From NCBI GenBank assembly GCA_963813075.1, contig CAWEXU010000005.1:1-64000 (forward strand): a stretch of DNA of 64,000 nt. The letters are read 5' to 3'. Made by a program: the position numbers and the translations under genes. The stretch is from Methanotrichaceae archaeon (GTDB lineage: Archaea > Halobacteriota > Methanosarcinia > Methanotrichales > Methanotrichaceae). Positions 30,663-40,771 of this stretch are shown here, one piece after another. Below the pieces are notes generated by a model. It was not told where the DNA came from and did no database searches. It was given only the letters and a program-made list of their open reading frames with translations. How positions within the stretch are numbered: the stretch's first letter is position 1; each line of letters opens with the position of its first letter.

Positions 30663-32666
30663 TCACCTGAACTTCCCCAAGAGCCGGGCATAAAACTCTT
30701 TCTCCCGCCCTTTAGTGGTGCGAGCTAGCCGGTCCAGTATCAGCTCGGGTGTGCTCTTTGCCAGGTAGTTGTACCGCGGGCTGCGGCAGACGATAAGACA
30801 GTTGTTCTCATCCAGCCCTTCCGCCTCGATTCCATCCACCCGAACTGATGTCTCTGAGAATCGGCGCACATCCTCTGCCAGGTGGCTGACGAAGACCGCC
30901 GCCGAGCCTCTTCGGTTCAGCTCGTCGAGCATGCAGGCGATGATGCGCGCCGAGGCACCGGGCTCGGTTATGGACTCCAGCTCGTCGGCAAGGACCAGCT
31001 TTCTCTTCTCGTTCTCCACCACAGCGAACTTCCTCATCGCCGTCTCAAAGGCTCCTGCGGAGAGGGTGCCCCGGCTCTTGCTGAAGTAGTAAATCTCTTC
31101 AAATAGGCTGAGCCTGCAGCTTTCGGCAGGCACAGGCAGCCCCATCTGCGCCAGGATCACTATCTGAGTGATGAGGTCCAATAAAGACGTCTTGCCCCCG
31201 GAGTTGACACCGCTAAGGAGAGCCACCTTCTCCCCCGGCTCCCCCGGCCCTCCACCCAGACAGTAGCTCACCTTTTCCGGCTCCTCCAGTGAGAGGTTTC
31301 GCCCTCCCTGAAAACACAGGCTGGTTTCCTCTACAATCTCCGGAAAGCTCAAGCCCTCCTTCAGGGCGAATGAGCCCAGGGCATAGGCATAATCGAACTC
31401 CATCAGAAGGTGGACCAGTCCTTCCGCTCGATTCCTCTCTCCGGCCAGACCCCGTGCCAGCTCTCTTTTTGCCTTCAGGCCCCTCTCTTCTTGCCGGCTG
31501 CGCAGCTCCTGCTCAAAGGATCGTAATGCACTCCGGTCCAGCTCCAGAGGATAGCTGACGACTGAGGAGAATATCTCGTCCAGCCAGACCTCCTCCGATC
31601 CCTTCAGATCCAGGTCCTTTCTGGCGTGCTCTTTGGCCTCTTTTATGATCTCCTGATAGATCCCTTTCATCCGGACTTCGAAGAGCTCCCGGATGCCCTC
31701 CCCTCGGCTCATCACCTGCAAGAGGTCCGTCCCCTCCAGGGTGAGCGAACTATTCTCGATCCTTCTTTTCAGCTCTTCATTGGCAGCAGCTCTAGCCTGG
31801 TCCAGGCAACCCTCCAGCCCGGCGGCCAGCCTGCTCAGCCGTTCCGCCTCAAGGTCGCTCTTCTCGCCAAGCCTTTGAATTAGATTGGAGAAATCCTCCC
31901 AGCCCTGAAAATCCTCCACCCCTGCCCCCTGAAGCTTCGACGCCGCCTTTACCGCAGCGGCCAGGATTTCCAGGTTCTCTTTGTAAAAGCCTAAAATCGC
32001 CTCCGGGACCAGGTACCAGTCCTCCAGGGATTCCGCCCTCTCCACCCCTTCTTCTTCCCCCATCCCTTCGCCCACCAGGCTCACATGGCTATAGCTCCGG
32101 GCGAGGGCCAGGAGCTCCTGAGGGCTTTCCGCCAGATGAAGATCAATCAATTTATCCAGGCCGCGGGACTTCAGCCTCTGGAAGTCTTCGGCGCTGCTGG
32201 CAGCCAAAGCCCTCTCCCTGACCCTTGAATCCGCCCTCTCCCGCAAAGGGCGGATGAAGCGAAGCTGCTCGTTTATGCCCAGGCCTTCTATCCTCCGGGC
32301 TACCTCTATAGAGCGTGACGCATCAATGCGATTCACTTCTATCATCTCCCGGGAGGAGGTGGGAAAGAGGGTGCCGATCTTCAGCCGGGCGTACTCGGTA
32401 TGGGCAAACCCGGCCAGCCTGGTGATCAGCAGGGAATAGATCCTGACTGCCTCATCGGTGGCCAGGAACTCGTCTGGAGAGACATTGAACTTCCGGGCGC
32501 GGGCATGCTGGACCAGCTGCAGAGCCTGGCGTTCGCTAAGGGTCCTGCACAGGCCCGGCAGGTCGCCATCCTGCACCGCCTGCATGGCCTTCTCTTCATC
32601 CCCATAATGCTCTCTGAGGCGCTCTCTTAATCGAGGCCCCACTCCCGGAAGATCCGCCAGTCTCAA
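30663..32666 (-). CDS. Archaeal MutS2/MutS5-like ATPase with N-terminal HhH
   Basis: LPGVGPRL HhH, Walker A SGVNSGGKT, LSAGAFE, LADELESITEPG, FVSH; no Smr domain. Confidence 0.88.
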   Translation of the reverse strand: MRLADLPGVGPRLRERLREHYGDEEKAMQAVQDGDLPGLCRTLSERQALQLVQHARARKFNVSPDEFLATDEAVRIYSLLITRLAGFAHTEYARLKIGTLFPTSSREMIEVNRIDASRSIEVARRIEGLGINEQLRFIRPLRERADSRVRERALAASSAEDFQRLKSRGLDKLIDLHLAESPQELLALARSYSHVSLVGEGMGEEEGVERAESLEDWYLVPEAILGFYKENLEILAAAVKAASKLQGAGVEDFQGWEDFSNLIQRLGEKSDLEAERLSRLAAGLEGCLDQARAAANEELKRRIENSSLTLEGTDLLQVMSRGEGIRELFEVRMKGIYQEIIKEAKEHARKDLDLKGSEEVWLDEIFSSVVSYPLELDRSALRSFEQELRSRQEERGLKAKRELARGLAGERNRAEGLVHLLMEFDYAYALGSFALKEGLSFPEIVEETSLCFQGGRNLSLEEPEKVSYCLGGGPGEPGEKVALLSGVNSGGKTSLLDLITQIVILAQMGLPVPAESCRLSLFEEIYYFSKSRGTLSAGAFETAMRKFAVVENEKRKLVLADELESITEPGASARIIACMLDELNRRGSAAVFVSHLAEDVRRFSETSVRVDGIEAEGLDENNCLIVCRSPRYNYLAKSTPELILDRLARTTKGREKEFYARLLGKFR

Positions 32667-32798
32667 GCGCTCTCATTTTAACAGGAATATAATATATCTG
32701 TTCCGCCAGGCAAAAGGCAGTATGGATCCGGATTGGCCGGCCAGGAGAAGGGCCTGGACGGAGAAGATTAATATTCCAGAGGCAGAGAGTCAATTTCT

Positions 32799-33686
32799 GT
32801 GCTGCTTAATGAATTGCTAAATCTCGGCGAGGAGGAGAGCATCTTTTTGGCGGAAGAGTCCCTGCAGGATCTGCTCGACCTGCCCGTAACCCGACAGATA
32901 ATGGATGAGGGAGTGGATTGGGATCGCTCCATCCAGCTGGAGAACATCGGCATTGCCCTTCATCTGTCCAGTTCTGAGGATTTCTGGCTGCTTCTGATAG
33001 ATCGGTATTCGGGGGAGAGAATTCTGATGGATGCTGCCGATCGGTTCAGATCGGAGGGAACAGTGAAGATCATGATCGATGAGGGTGCCTTTCTTTGCGC
33101 TCTTGTCGAGTACTATGCCAACTCGATGAAAGAAGAGCTGCTATGCGAGAGCTGCAACACGATGGATGAGCTGCAGTATTCCGAGGATCGAATAGCAAGG
33201 CTGGTCGATCTCTTGAAGCCCCACCTCTCCCCATCAGGAGATATGCCCATTCTGGAGATCTGCTGCGGCAACGGTCTGGCCACCCAGGCCCTCATTCGTC
33301 TGGGGTTGGCGCCTTTAGCCATGGACTCCGATCGCTGTGAGCTGTGTGTAGCCCTGAAGAAGGGGCTGATGGACCCTCAGAGGTCATTCGTTCTGGACGC
33401 CAGGCTCCTGCCCCGCTTTTTTTCCGGCAGGCCGTTTCAAACCGTGCTCGGTTTCATGGTGGGGCTGATCGATGACTCCAACTGGCCCCGATGGAGGGAG
33501 ATACTTCTTGCTGCCGCTTCGCTCGCTGAAAAGGAGCTGTTATTTACCGTCTACTCCCAAAAGGAGGCGGATCTCATCGCGAAGGAGATGGAGGGGGCAG
33601 GCTGGACGGGAAAAGTAATCGACAATCAAGACCCCCGGGGGATATACGACCAGTGGGTCTATAAGGGAAGTCGGGCAAAACATTAA
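32799..33686 (+). CDS. Hypothetical protein with SAM-methyltransferase-like motif
   Basis: ILEICCGNGLAT motif I-like segment. Confidence 0.7.
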   Translation: MLLNELLNLGEEESIFLAEESLQDLLDLPVTRQIMDEGVDWDRSIQLENIGIALHLSSSEDFWLLLIDRYSGERILMDAADRFRSEGTVKIMIDEGAFLCALVEYYANSMKEELLCESCNTMDELQYSEDRIARLVDLLKPHLSPSGDMPILEICCGNGLATQALIRLGLAPLAMDSDRCELCVALKKGLMDPQRSFVLDARLLPRFFSGRPFQTVLGFMVGLIDDSNWPRWREILLAAASLAEKELLFTVYSQKEADLIAKEMEGAGWTGKVIDNQDPRGIYDQWVYKGSRAKH

Positions 33687-34056
33687 AAGAATGATGGAAA
33701 GCTTAATCATCCATCCCATACCTCGGAAGATGTGGTGAGATTCTTGGCTGACTTTAAGAAGCGAAATGCGGAGAGAAAGGGCGGCAAAAAAGAAGAGATC
33801 AAAAGCAAGAAGCTCATGGAAGAGAACCTGGATGATTTAAGGGGCAGAGGGGAAGTAGAGAAATAGGCTTCTCGAGGGATACTTTGGGCCGAATAGATCA
33901 ATGGTCCTCGAATCAAATTGTTGAATGCTGAAGTGATGGGATGCCTGAAATTGCCATCTCATCCCTTTCAAACAGCCGATCTGGAAAATGACTCTTTTGG
34001 ATATTGCAGCCAGATACAATTGGCGGGCTTATCCGGCTGCAAATGGCATTTGGCCA

Positions 34057-34449
34057 TTAAGGGGTAACGCTCAGGCTTCTGCTCAGCTCCTTGAGCTTTT
34101 CGATGCTCTCCTGGGTCTTGGCGGACTCTTTTAGCTTCTCATCCTCGAAATGCTTTATGATTTCGCCCAGGGATATGGTCAACCGGTAGACCTTCATCGG
34201 CCTCCCTTTGCCATCCTTTTTGATCTCCCTCTCCTCCACCCAGTTGTTATTGCGCAGAGTGCGCATGGCAATGCTCACCTCGGGCTGACGGAGATTGGAT
34301 CCGATCTCAATCTCTCTTGATGTGGCCTCCTCCACATTGGCCAGGTAGGTGATCATGCTGGCCACATTTCTGGGAATGCCAAGCTCGCGGAGCACCTCTA
34401 CGAACTCCCTGTCGGCATCATCCAAAACTTTCACCGAGAATTGTCTCAT
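34057..34449 (-). CDS. Methanogen ArsR/TrmB-like wHTH transcriptional regulator
   Basis: TSREIEIGSNLRQPEVSIAM, KGRPMKVY. Confidence 0.88.
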   Translation of the reverse strand: MRQFSVKVLDDADREFVEVLRELGIPRNVASMITYLANVEEATSREIEIGSNLRQPEVSIAMRTLRNNNWVEEREIKKDGKGRPMKVYRLTISLGEIIKHFEDEKLKESAKTQESIEKLKELSRSLSVTP

Positions 34450-34908
34450 AATGACCTCATTCTATTTTTGTATATAACAAATACCTTATGATATAAATAG
34501 TTTATTTCGAGGTGTGATATTCTTCTTGGATATAAGATTATACTATCGATATAAGTCTCTGCTGCCGTTGTCTCATCATAATCTGATATTATATCAAATA
34601 AATCATAGATGCATTTCTATGGTAATCGCATTGCATCGGCCAGAGGAGGGGCTATATGCAGCGCTGAAATGGTCGATAAACTAATGAAAGGAGATGAATA
34701 TCAGTGAGATTTCAATATTTATAATAACGCAATTTTAATTATGGTGCCATCATCTCCTGATGACATCCATAGTGGCAGATAGGTTGGATTGTCTTTCCCC
34801 TGCTATCCCGGTCTGCGCTCTGCCGATCAACACTTCTTCGCTTGATTGTCGATATCCGAAGAATAATAGAACGATGAGAAAATAGATATATCAGCGTTCC
34901 CTCCTCTT

Positions 34909-36250
34909 TTGCCCATGGAGACGAGGCTTGATCCCTGGGGTGCAGTTCATGTGGAAGATTACACCAAGCTCTTTGAGGAGTTTGGGATATCGAGCTTCGA
35001 TGATATCCTTCCCCAGCTTGAAAATCCACATCGCTACATGAGGCGCAGGATAATATTCGGCCACAGAAACTACGATGCTGTGCTGGCGGCCATGAAAAGT
35101 CATCGGCCTTTCGCCGTCATGAGCGGCTTTATGCCCACCGGCAGGGCGCACTTCGGCCATATGATGGTCATGAATGAGATCATCTGGCACCAGCAGCAGG
35201 GCGGGGACGCCTTCGCTGCAGTGGCTGATATGGAGGCCCATGCGGTGCGGGGCATAAGCTGGGCGAAATGCAGAGAATTCGGCATCGAGGAGTATATCCT
35301 CAGCCTCATCGCCCTGGGCTTTGAGCCCAAAGAGAACAGCCACATCTATTTTCAGTCCAGCAATTATGATGTTCGAAACCTGGCCTTTGAGCTGGGGATA
35401 GAGGCCAACTTCTCCGAGGTCAGCGCCATCTATGGCTTCAGCGGAGAGACCTGCATCTCGCACATGGAGAGTGTGATGGCCCAGAGCGCCGATATCCTCC
35501 ATCCGCAGCTGGAGAAATATGGCGGGCCAAAGCCGGTGGTGATACCGGTGGGCGCAGATCAGGACCCTCATATCAAGCTCACCCGTGACCTCGCTTACCG
35601 CATGAGGAGGTTTCTGGTGGAGAGGAGAGGGGAGTACATAAGCATCCGGGGCAAGGCCGCCAGCCAGGAGTTGATGCAGGCGGCTGAATCGGCATTGCGG
35701 GAGACGGGACTGGGACAGGTCAAAAGGTACGAGGAGCATATCGACCTTGTCGACCTCCAGCTGAGAGAGGGCCGGAGCATCGATCAGGCCCAGGAGGAGG
35801 TCGAGGAGCTGATTATAATGCTCGAGACGAGAGCATGGCGAGTACGGTTTTATCCCTCCTGCCTCCATTTACCACCGCTTCATGACCGGCCTTACCGGGG
35901 GGAAGATGTCCTCCTCCAAGCCGGACAGCTACATCGCTCTGACTGAAGACCCCAAAGAGGCGGCAAAGAAGGTCATGAGGGCGATCACCGGCGGCAGGCA
36001 GAGCCTGGCCGAGCAGAAGAAGCTGGGAGGAGAGCCGGATAAGTGCTCCGTCTACGAGTTCCTCCTTTTCCATCTATCCGAGGACGATAAAGAGCTTTTA
36101 GAGCTGGACGCGGAATGCCGCAGCGGCAGGAGGATGTGCGGCACATGCAAAAAAGATGTGGCCGAGAGGATAGAGAGGTTCCTCTGCCAGCACCAGCAGG
36201 CCCGGGAAGCGGCGCGGGAGAGGCTGCCGGAGTTTGGAATAAAGCTCTAA
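34909..36250 (+). CDS. trpS: Tryptophanyl-tRNA synthetase (one frameshift near 35830)
   Basis: [28 protein letters not shown] in 34909..35946; GKMSSS and CGTCK in 35882..36250. Confidence 0.95.
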
Positions 36251-36753
36251 ATCTCCCTTTCCTCCAGGCTTATCCATTCCCCGATTACCAGACCGTGGCC
36301 GGATTGGCTCGCAGGCGGATGTACTGATCTTTGCAATGCACCCCAATTGCCGGGATAAAATTTTTGGCGGTAGCACTCTCCAGCGCCAAAAGAACCTTCT
36401 CATCCAGGGACCTGATTCTGCCCCGATCATGAATCCCACCGTTCAGAAATACCCCGGTGACTATGTCCGATCCGCTATCATAGCTGCTCTTTCTAATATC
36501 TGTGATCATCAGCAGGGTCATGGCACGCTGGCTCCAATCTCGATGAATGCCCTGTTTTCAGAAGAGGAGTCCGGCCCTGGCAGAGGCCGGAGACCGACGA
36601 CAGGTGGACGACGGTAAAGGAGGTCAACCAGCTTTCTGTCGCTGTATTTCTAATAGGGATATTACTAGTTAATAAGACTGTTGCTTTATGTAGCAATAAA
36701 ACCTGTTTTGATGATTCGGCCCCGAGAGATGCTGCAGGCGGCAAGAGGCCGCC

Positions 36754-38958
36754 TCATAAATTCAGCTCGATGGTCCTGCCCTGTAGGACATCCTCTTCAC
36801 TTATCTCGACATTCTGAATCTTAACCCCGTTCTCATTGCCCGAGAACACGAGATAAGGATCTACTGCACGGGTATCATATCTCTTCTCTGTGGAATAAGG
36901 AACCCTTACCTCAAAAGCATCTCCAATCCGTTTGGCCTGGTTGACGTAGATAAAATCCCTTTCCATATTGGAGGTCATATTGAGCAGCACTCCTGCATTC
37001 TGATCCGGATCGGTATGGATCCTCAGCAATGCCCCGGGAACATACTGGAAGATCTTGATCTCGCTTTTTCCCGGGTTGCCACCCCGGATGGTGCTCGACT
37101 CGTATATCAGCCGGAAGCGGCCCATGCCGGTGCCGTCGACCAGGTAGAGACTGCCTAATGTGGTGTTGAAGAACCTCTCTTTGGGTATAAGGGAGACCTC
37201 GCTGCCGTAATCCTCCCGCACCATGTAGCTATTGACATCCTCATTCGCCCACTCCGCCAGGGAGGCCAGCTTGCCGTAGACGATGCTGTAATCGGTGAAA
37301 ACGTACTTAGCGCCTCTGGAATCCATGATCTCCGCCGCTTCCGTCTCATTCTCCGCCAGGTAAAACCGCACTGCATCCTCTGCCCCGGCCTGGAAGTTGT
37401 TGGCCACCACCGGCCTATTAGCCAAATAGAGAATCCAGTTGCCATAGTCCCACCAGTTCATCACGCTGTACTCCGGGACTTCTCTCGGATCGTCATAGAA
37501 GCTGGTAGGTTCGCTGTTCTCTTTCAGCCAGGATATCGAGCTATTCCAGTCGCCTGCTATCGCCGGCGGGGTATTCAGGGCAAAGGAAAAGCCATCAATT
37601 GCCGTTGGCAGGACGAGGAGAAGGATAATAGCTGCAGCCAGTGCCCGGGGTACCTTTTCTCCTTTCTCCTCCTGAATCTTCCCGAATATGTCCAGGGCAT
37701 AAAATATCAGGATGCTTATCAGTGCACCCATGTATATCGTGGATATATAGAGGAATCTGGACTGGCCCAGGGTGAGAAGGATGGAGTAGACCGCCCACAT
37801 CAGGAAGAGCAAGAGAGCCGGCTTTTCTTTCCACCCTCCCTTTCGCAAATAGTCTATGGTGACAATAGCTGCGGCCAGGGCTAACAGGATATTCAATCCC
37901 TGCCAGGAGAAGAAAACCTCGAACAGTGTCTTCATATCAAAGATCAGAGGTTGGGCCTCACCAATCCTGCCGATCATCTCCCCGCCCCAGATGTACCCAA
38001 ACCCCGTCCGGATCAGGCTCTCCAGTCCAAATAATCCTCCCATTGGCTTTAGCAGGAGCAGAAAGAGAAGCGATATGGAGAGGATGCCCAGGGGGAATGC
38101 CTTCCAGGATATGTTCCTCTTCTCGATGATCTGCGCCAAGGCCAGCATGATCGCTATGGAAATGGATATGGCTGCCAGGCCCAGGAAGGAGGGGGACATC
38201 CAGGGCGTGCTCCTGTAAGGCAAGACAAGGATCAGGGCGAGGAGAAATGCCACAAGCAGCGTGGGGGCGAGGGTCATGGACGATCTATTCTCCCGCAGCT
38301 CCAGGCTAATTGCCACTGCTGCAATAAGCAGATAAGCTCCATAGTAGACGTCTGCGCCCTGCCAGGTATAGGCCAGGGCGGCCAGAGCCACTCCTGCCGC
38401 AGAGGCGTAGAGCCACTTCTTCTCCGGCCGGCTGATGGACCGGATGATGAAAAGTAGGGAGACCAGCTGGAGAAGCACCTCTAAAGAGTGATGGTCCGTT
38501 GCCGCGACCATGGTATAAAGGAGATAGTAGGGGGCAAGAGCCGCCATGAAGCTGGCCAGGAGGGCAACCCTATGGTCGAAGAGCTCACGCATCATATAGT
38601 AGACCACAACCATCGCCAGAAGGCCGATGATCACCGGCACGTAGGCCGCCGTCATCTCCACCCCCTCTTTGCTGTGCTGGCCCAAAGCCAGACATAGGGC
38701 GGCAGAGATCTGGTCGAAGAGAGGCGGCCAGCTTATGGACAGTCCATGGGGGTAGTTGAGGTAGGAGTCAAACCAGAGCACATCGGGGAAATTGGCCACT
38801 CCATACAGTATCCTGCGCATATGATAGTATTCATCATATCCCGGAAACAGTATGCCCTGTTCAGTGAGTGACCTCCTCCCGGCAAACAGCTTCAGCAATA
38901 AGCCGAAAACAAGAACTGCAACGAGTTCAGCCGGCTCGCTTCTCTTCCCCTGGTCCAT
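36754..38958 (-). CDS. aglB: Oligosaccharyltransferase AglB (STT3 family)
   Basis: DEYYHMRR, DHH, IGEAQP, WWDYG, ANNFQ motifs; multi-TM N-terminus. Confidence 0.92.
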   Translation of the reverse strand: MDQGKRSEPAELVAVLVFGLLLKLFAGRRSLTEQGILFPGYDEYYHMRRILYGVANFPDVLWFDSYLNYPHGLSISWPPLFDQISAALCLALGQHSKEGVEMTAAYVPVIIGLLAMVVVYYMMRELFDHRVALLASFMAALAPYYLLYTMVAATDHHSLEVLLQLVSLLFIIRSISRPEKKWLYASAAGVALAALAYTWQGADVYYGAYLLIAAVAISLELRENRSSMTLAPTLLVAFLLALILVLPYRSTPWMSPSFLGLAAISISIAIMLALAQIIEKRNISWKAFPLGILSISLLFLLLLKPMGGLFGLESLIRTGFGYIWGGEMIGRIGEAQPLIFDMKTLFEVFFSWQGLNILLALAAAIVTIDYLRKGGWKEKPALLLFLMWAVYSILLTLGQSRFLYISTIYMGALISILIFYALDIFGKIQEEKGEKVPRALAAAIILLLVLPTAIDGFSFALNTPPAIAGDWNSSISWLKENSEPTSFYDDPREVPEYSVMNWWDYGNWILYLANRPVVANNFQAGAEDAVRFYLAENETEAAEIMDSRGAKYVFTDYSIVYGKLASLAEWANEDVNSYMVREDYGSEVSLIPKERFFNTTLGSLYLVDGTGMGRFRLIYESSTIRGGNPGKSEIKIFQYVPGALLRIHTDPDQNAGVLLNMTSNMERDFIYVNQAKRIGDAFEVRVPYSTEKRYDTRAVDPYLVFSGNENGVKIQNVEISEEDVLQGRTIELNL

Positions 38959-39040
38959 GGCTCAGAGAATCGATATTAGATGATATAAAGCCTTTGAGTA
39001 ATAATTAAAAAGAAAAATCGCAGCAGTCACCCTATTCCTA

Positions 39041-39742
39041 TCAAAAAATAATTGGAACGACCAGTGGATGCTCATCGATCCCCGGCCCATTCCCAAACAT
39101 CCGGGGCTCATCGCAAAAGCCATCGGAGTTGGTATCATTGCAGCCCTCGCCGGGCTCGTCGAAGTCGCTGTAATGATTTCCCATGAGCTTTGCACCCTTC
39201 AATAATCCCAGGAGGCCCCCTTCTTTCATCTCCATGCTCCAGCGGTTGCCGCCAGTATCATTGGCTGAGACCCTGTTCTCCAGGAAGTCGTTGGAATAGA
39301 GGGTATTGTTCGTCGCTCCCTCTTCGATGTAAATGCCATACCGGTTTTTATAGAGGATATTATTCTGGATGATGTTATGGGAGGAGTCCACCAATATCCC
39401 GGCATTGCCGCATCCGCATCCACCGGAGCCGGTCAGATTGAAGCCCTCTATCCGGGTTGCATTGGCCCGCAATGTGATGGCACTTGAGGATTTGTTGGCG
39501 TCCACCACCGGGCGTCCGCTGCCGGTATCAACGCCGATCAGAGCTACGGAATGCAGAACCTGGACATGCTCCACATATTCTCCGCTTTGCACTTCAATAA
39601 TATCTCCATCGCTGGCATTATTCAAAGCCTGCTGAATTGTGCTGTAGTCTGCACCCTCAGGGGCCACAGTGATTTTAGCGGCCGTTGCAAATCCTATGAT
39701 CAGAATTAAGATTAGGATCATTATTATTGAACGCGCATGCAT
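39041..39742 (-). CDS. Secreted NosD/pectin-lyase-like beta-helix protein
   Basis: Signal peptide, DYSTIQQAL...GDII, GI-rich beta-helix repeats, GNHYSDF...DTNSDGFCDEP. Confidence 0.85.
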   Translation of the reverse strand: MHARSIIMILILILIIGFATAAKITVAPEGADYSTIQQALNNASDGDIIEVQSGEYVEHVQVLHSVALIGVDTGSGRPVVDANKSSSAITLRANATRIEGFNLTGSGGCGCGNAGILVDSSHNIIQNNILYKNRYGIYIEEGATNNTLYSNDFLENRVSANDTGGNRWSMEMKEGGLLGLLKGAKLMGNHYSDFDEPGEGCNDTNSDGFCDEPRMFGNGPGIDEHPLVVPIIF

Positions 39743-39855
39743 AATGCCTCATAGTCTCTATTTTCCTATTAGAACTTTTTCGTTAAAGATGACTTCCGAT
39801 CCAGAAGGATGATGACTTAAACCATGAGATGAAATAAGGCCGCCAGGTGGAGAAA

Positions 39856-40233
39856 ATGTCCGATTGCATAAGATGCCAGAAATGCGGCAAAAGTGTCCCG
39901 GAGGATGAGGTCTTCGCGACAGGAGGCAAGACCTTCTGCGAGGACTGCTACATCGATGTCAACAACCGGATCCGGGTCTGCGATCCCTGGGGCGAGAGGT
40001 CGAAGAAGATTTATCGGGAGAGCCACGGCCTGGAGGGGACGGATGGTCTGACCGATCAGCAAAAGGAGATCTATGAGTACATTCAATCCCAGGGCAAGGC
40101 CACCATGGCTGAGATCGGGAAGAGGTTCAACCTATCGGAAGCCGATCTGAACAACCAGTTCGCCATCCTCCGGCACTGCCAGCTGCTGAAGGGAAGAAAA
40201 GATGGAGATGTCGTCTATATTGTGCCCTGGTAA
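39856..40233 (+). CDS. Zinc-finger + winged-helix hypothetical protein
   Basis: CQKC...CEDC, CDPW, then LTDQQKEIYEYI...FAILRHCQL wHTH-like region. Confidence 0.8.
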   Translation: MSDCIRCQKCGKSVPEDEVFATGGKTFCEDCYIDVNNRIRVCDPWGERSKKIYRESHGLEGTDGLTDQQKEIYEYIQSQGKATMAEIGKRFNLSEADLNNQFAILRHCQLLKGRKDGDVVYIVPW

Positions 40234-40266
40234 GCCCGGGCGGCACTCTGCCTTTTATATTTTATA

Positions 40267-40743
40267 TTATTGCAGATAGTTCTCAATGCTGGTCAGCTTC
40301 TCCGCATCGCTCTTGCTGATGCTGGCATCCACCACCACCCTCTCCTGGACCTCGATGGGCGCCTTCGCCCGCAGGGCTAAAGCCAGGCAGTCGCTGGGCC
40401 GGGCATCGATCTCATTCTGGCGGCCCTCGCTCCTGATGGTCAGCCGGGCATAATAGATTCCTCCATCCAGATCATCTATCAGCACATTGGTGATGCTGGC
40501 AGACAGGCATTCCAGGACGGAGATGAACAGATCATGGGTCATGGGCCGGGGAGCCAGCTCTCCGGACAGGGCATGATGGATGGAAATGGCCTCGGATAGC
40601 CCCACGAATATGGGCACAATCCTTCCCATCTCATCCTCCAGGAGGACCACCGGAGCGGGATTGTTTCCCTCAGACTCCGCTATGTATACCCCCTTGACCC
40701 TGACCGGGACTGGCGTGTTCATGCCATCATCATGGTCGTTCAT
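40267..40743 (-). CDS. Bifunctional nuclease family (DUF151)
   Basis: PIFVGLSEA, PRPMTHDL, IDARPSD motifs. Confidence 0.92.
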   Translation of the reverse strand: MNDHDDGMNTPVPVRVKGVYIAESEGNNPAPVVLLEDEMGRIVPIFVGLSEAISIHHALSGELAPRPMTHDLFISVLECLSASITNVLIDDLDGGIYYARLTIRSEGRQNEIDARPSDCLALALRAKAPIEVQERVVVDASISKSDAEKLTSIENYLQ

Positions 40744-40771
40744 CTTATAAAACTCCGGCGATCAAAATCCA

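Noticed and set aside
33687..33866. Lys/Glu-rich open frame continuing in frame after the stop of 32799..33686
   Set aside because: Short, purine-rich, no recognisable motif or clear RBS; could be chance
25364..36250. Programmed frameshifting or true pseudogenes in hisS and trpS
   Set aside because: Many unrelated genes carry similar indels; sequencing error is simpler
36254..36750. ORFs and a CCGGCC/GGCCGG hairpin between convergent trpS and aglB
   Set aside because: No recognisable protein or RNA family features
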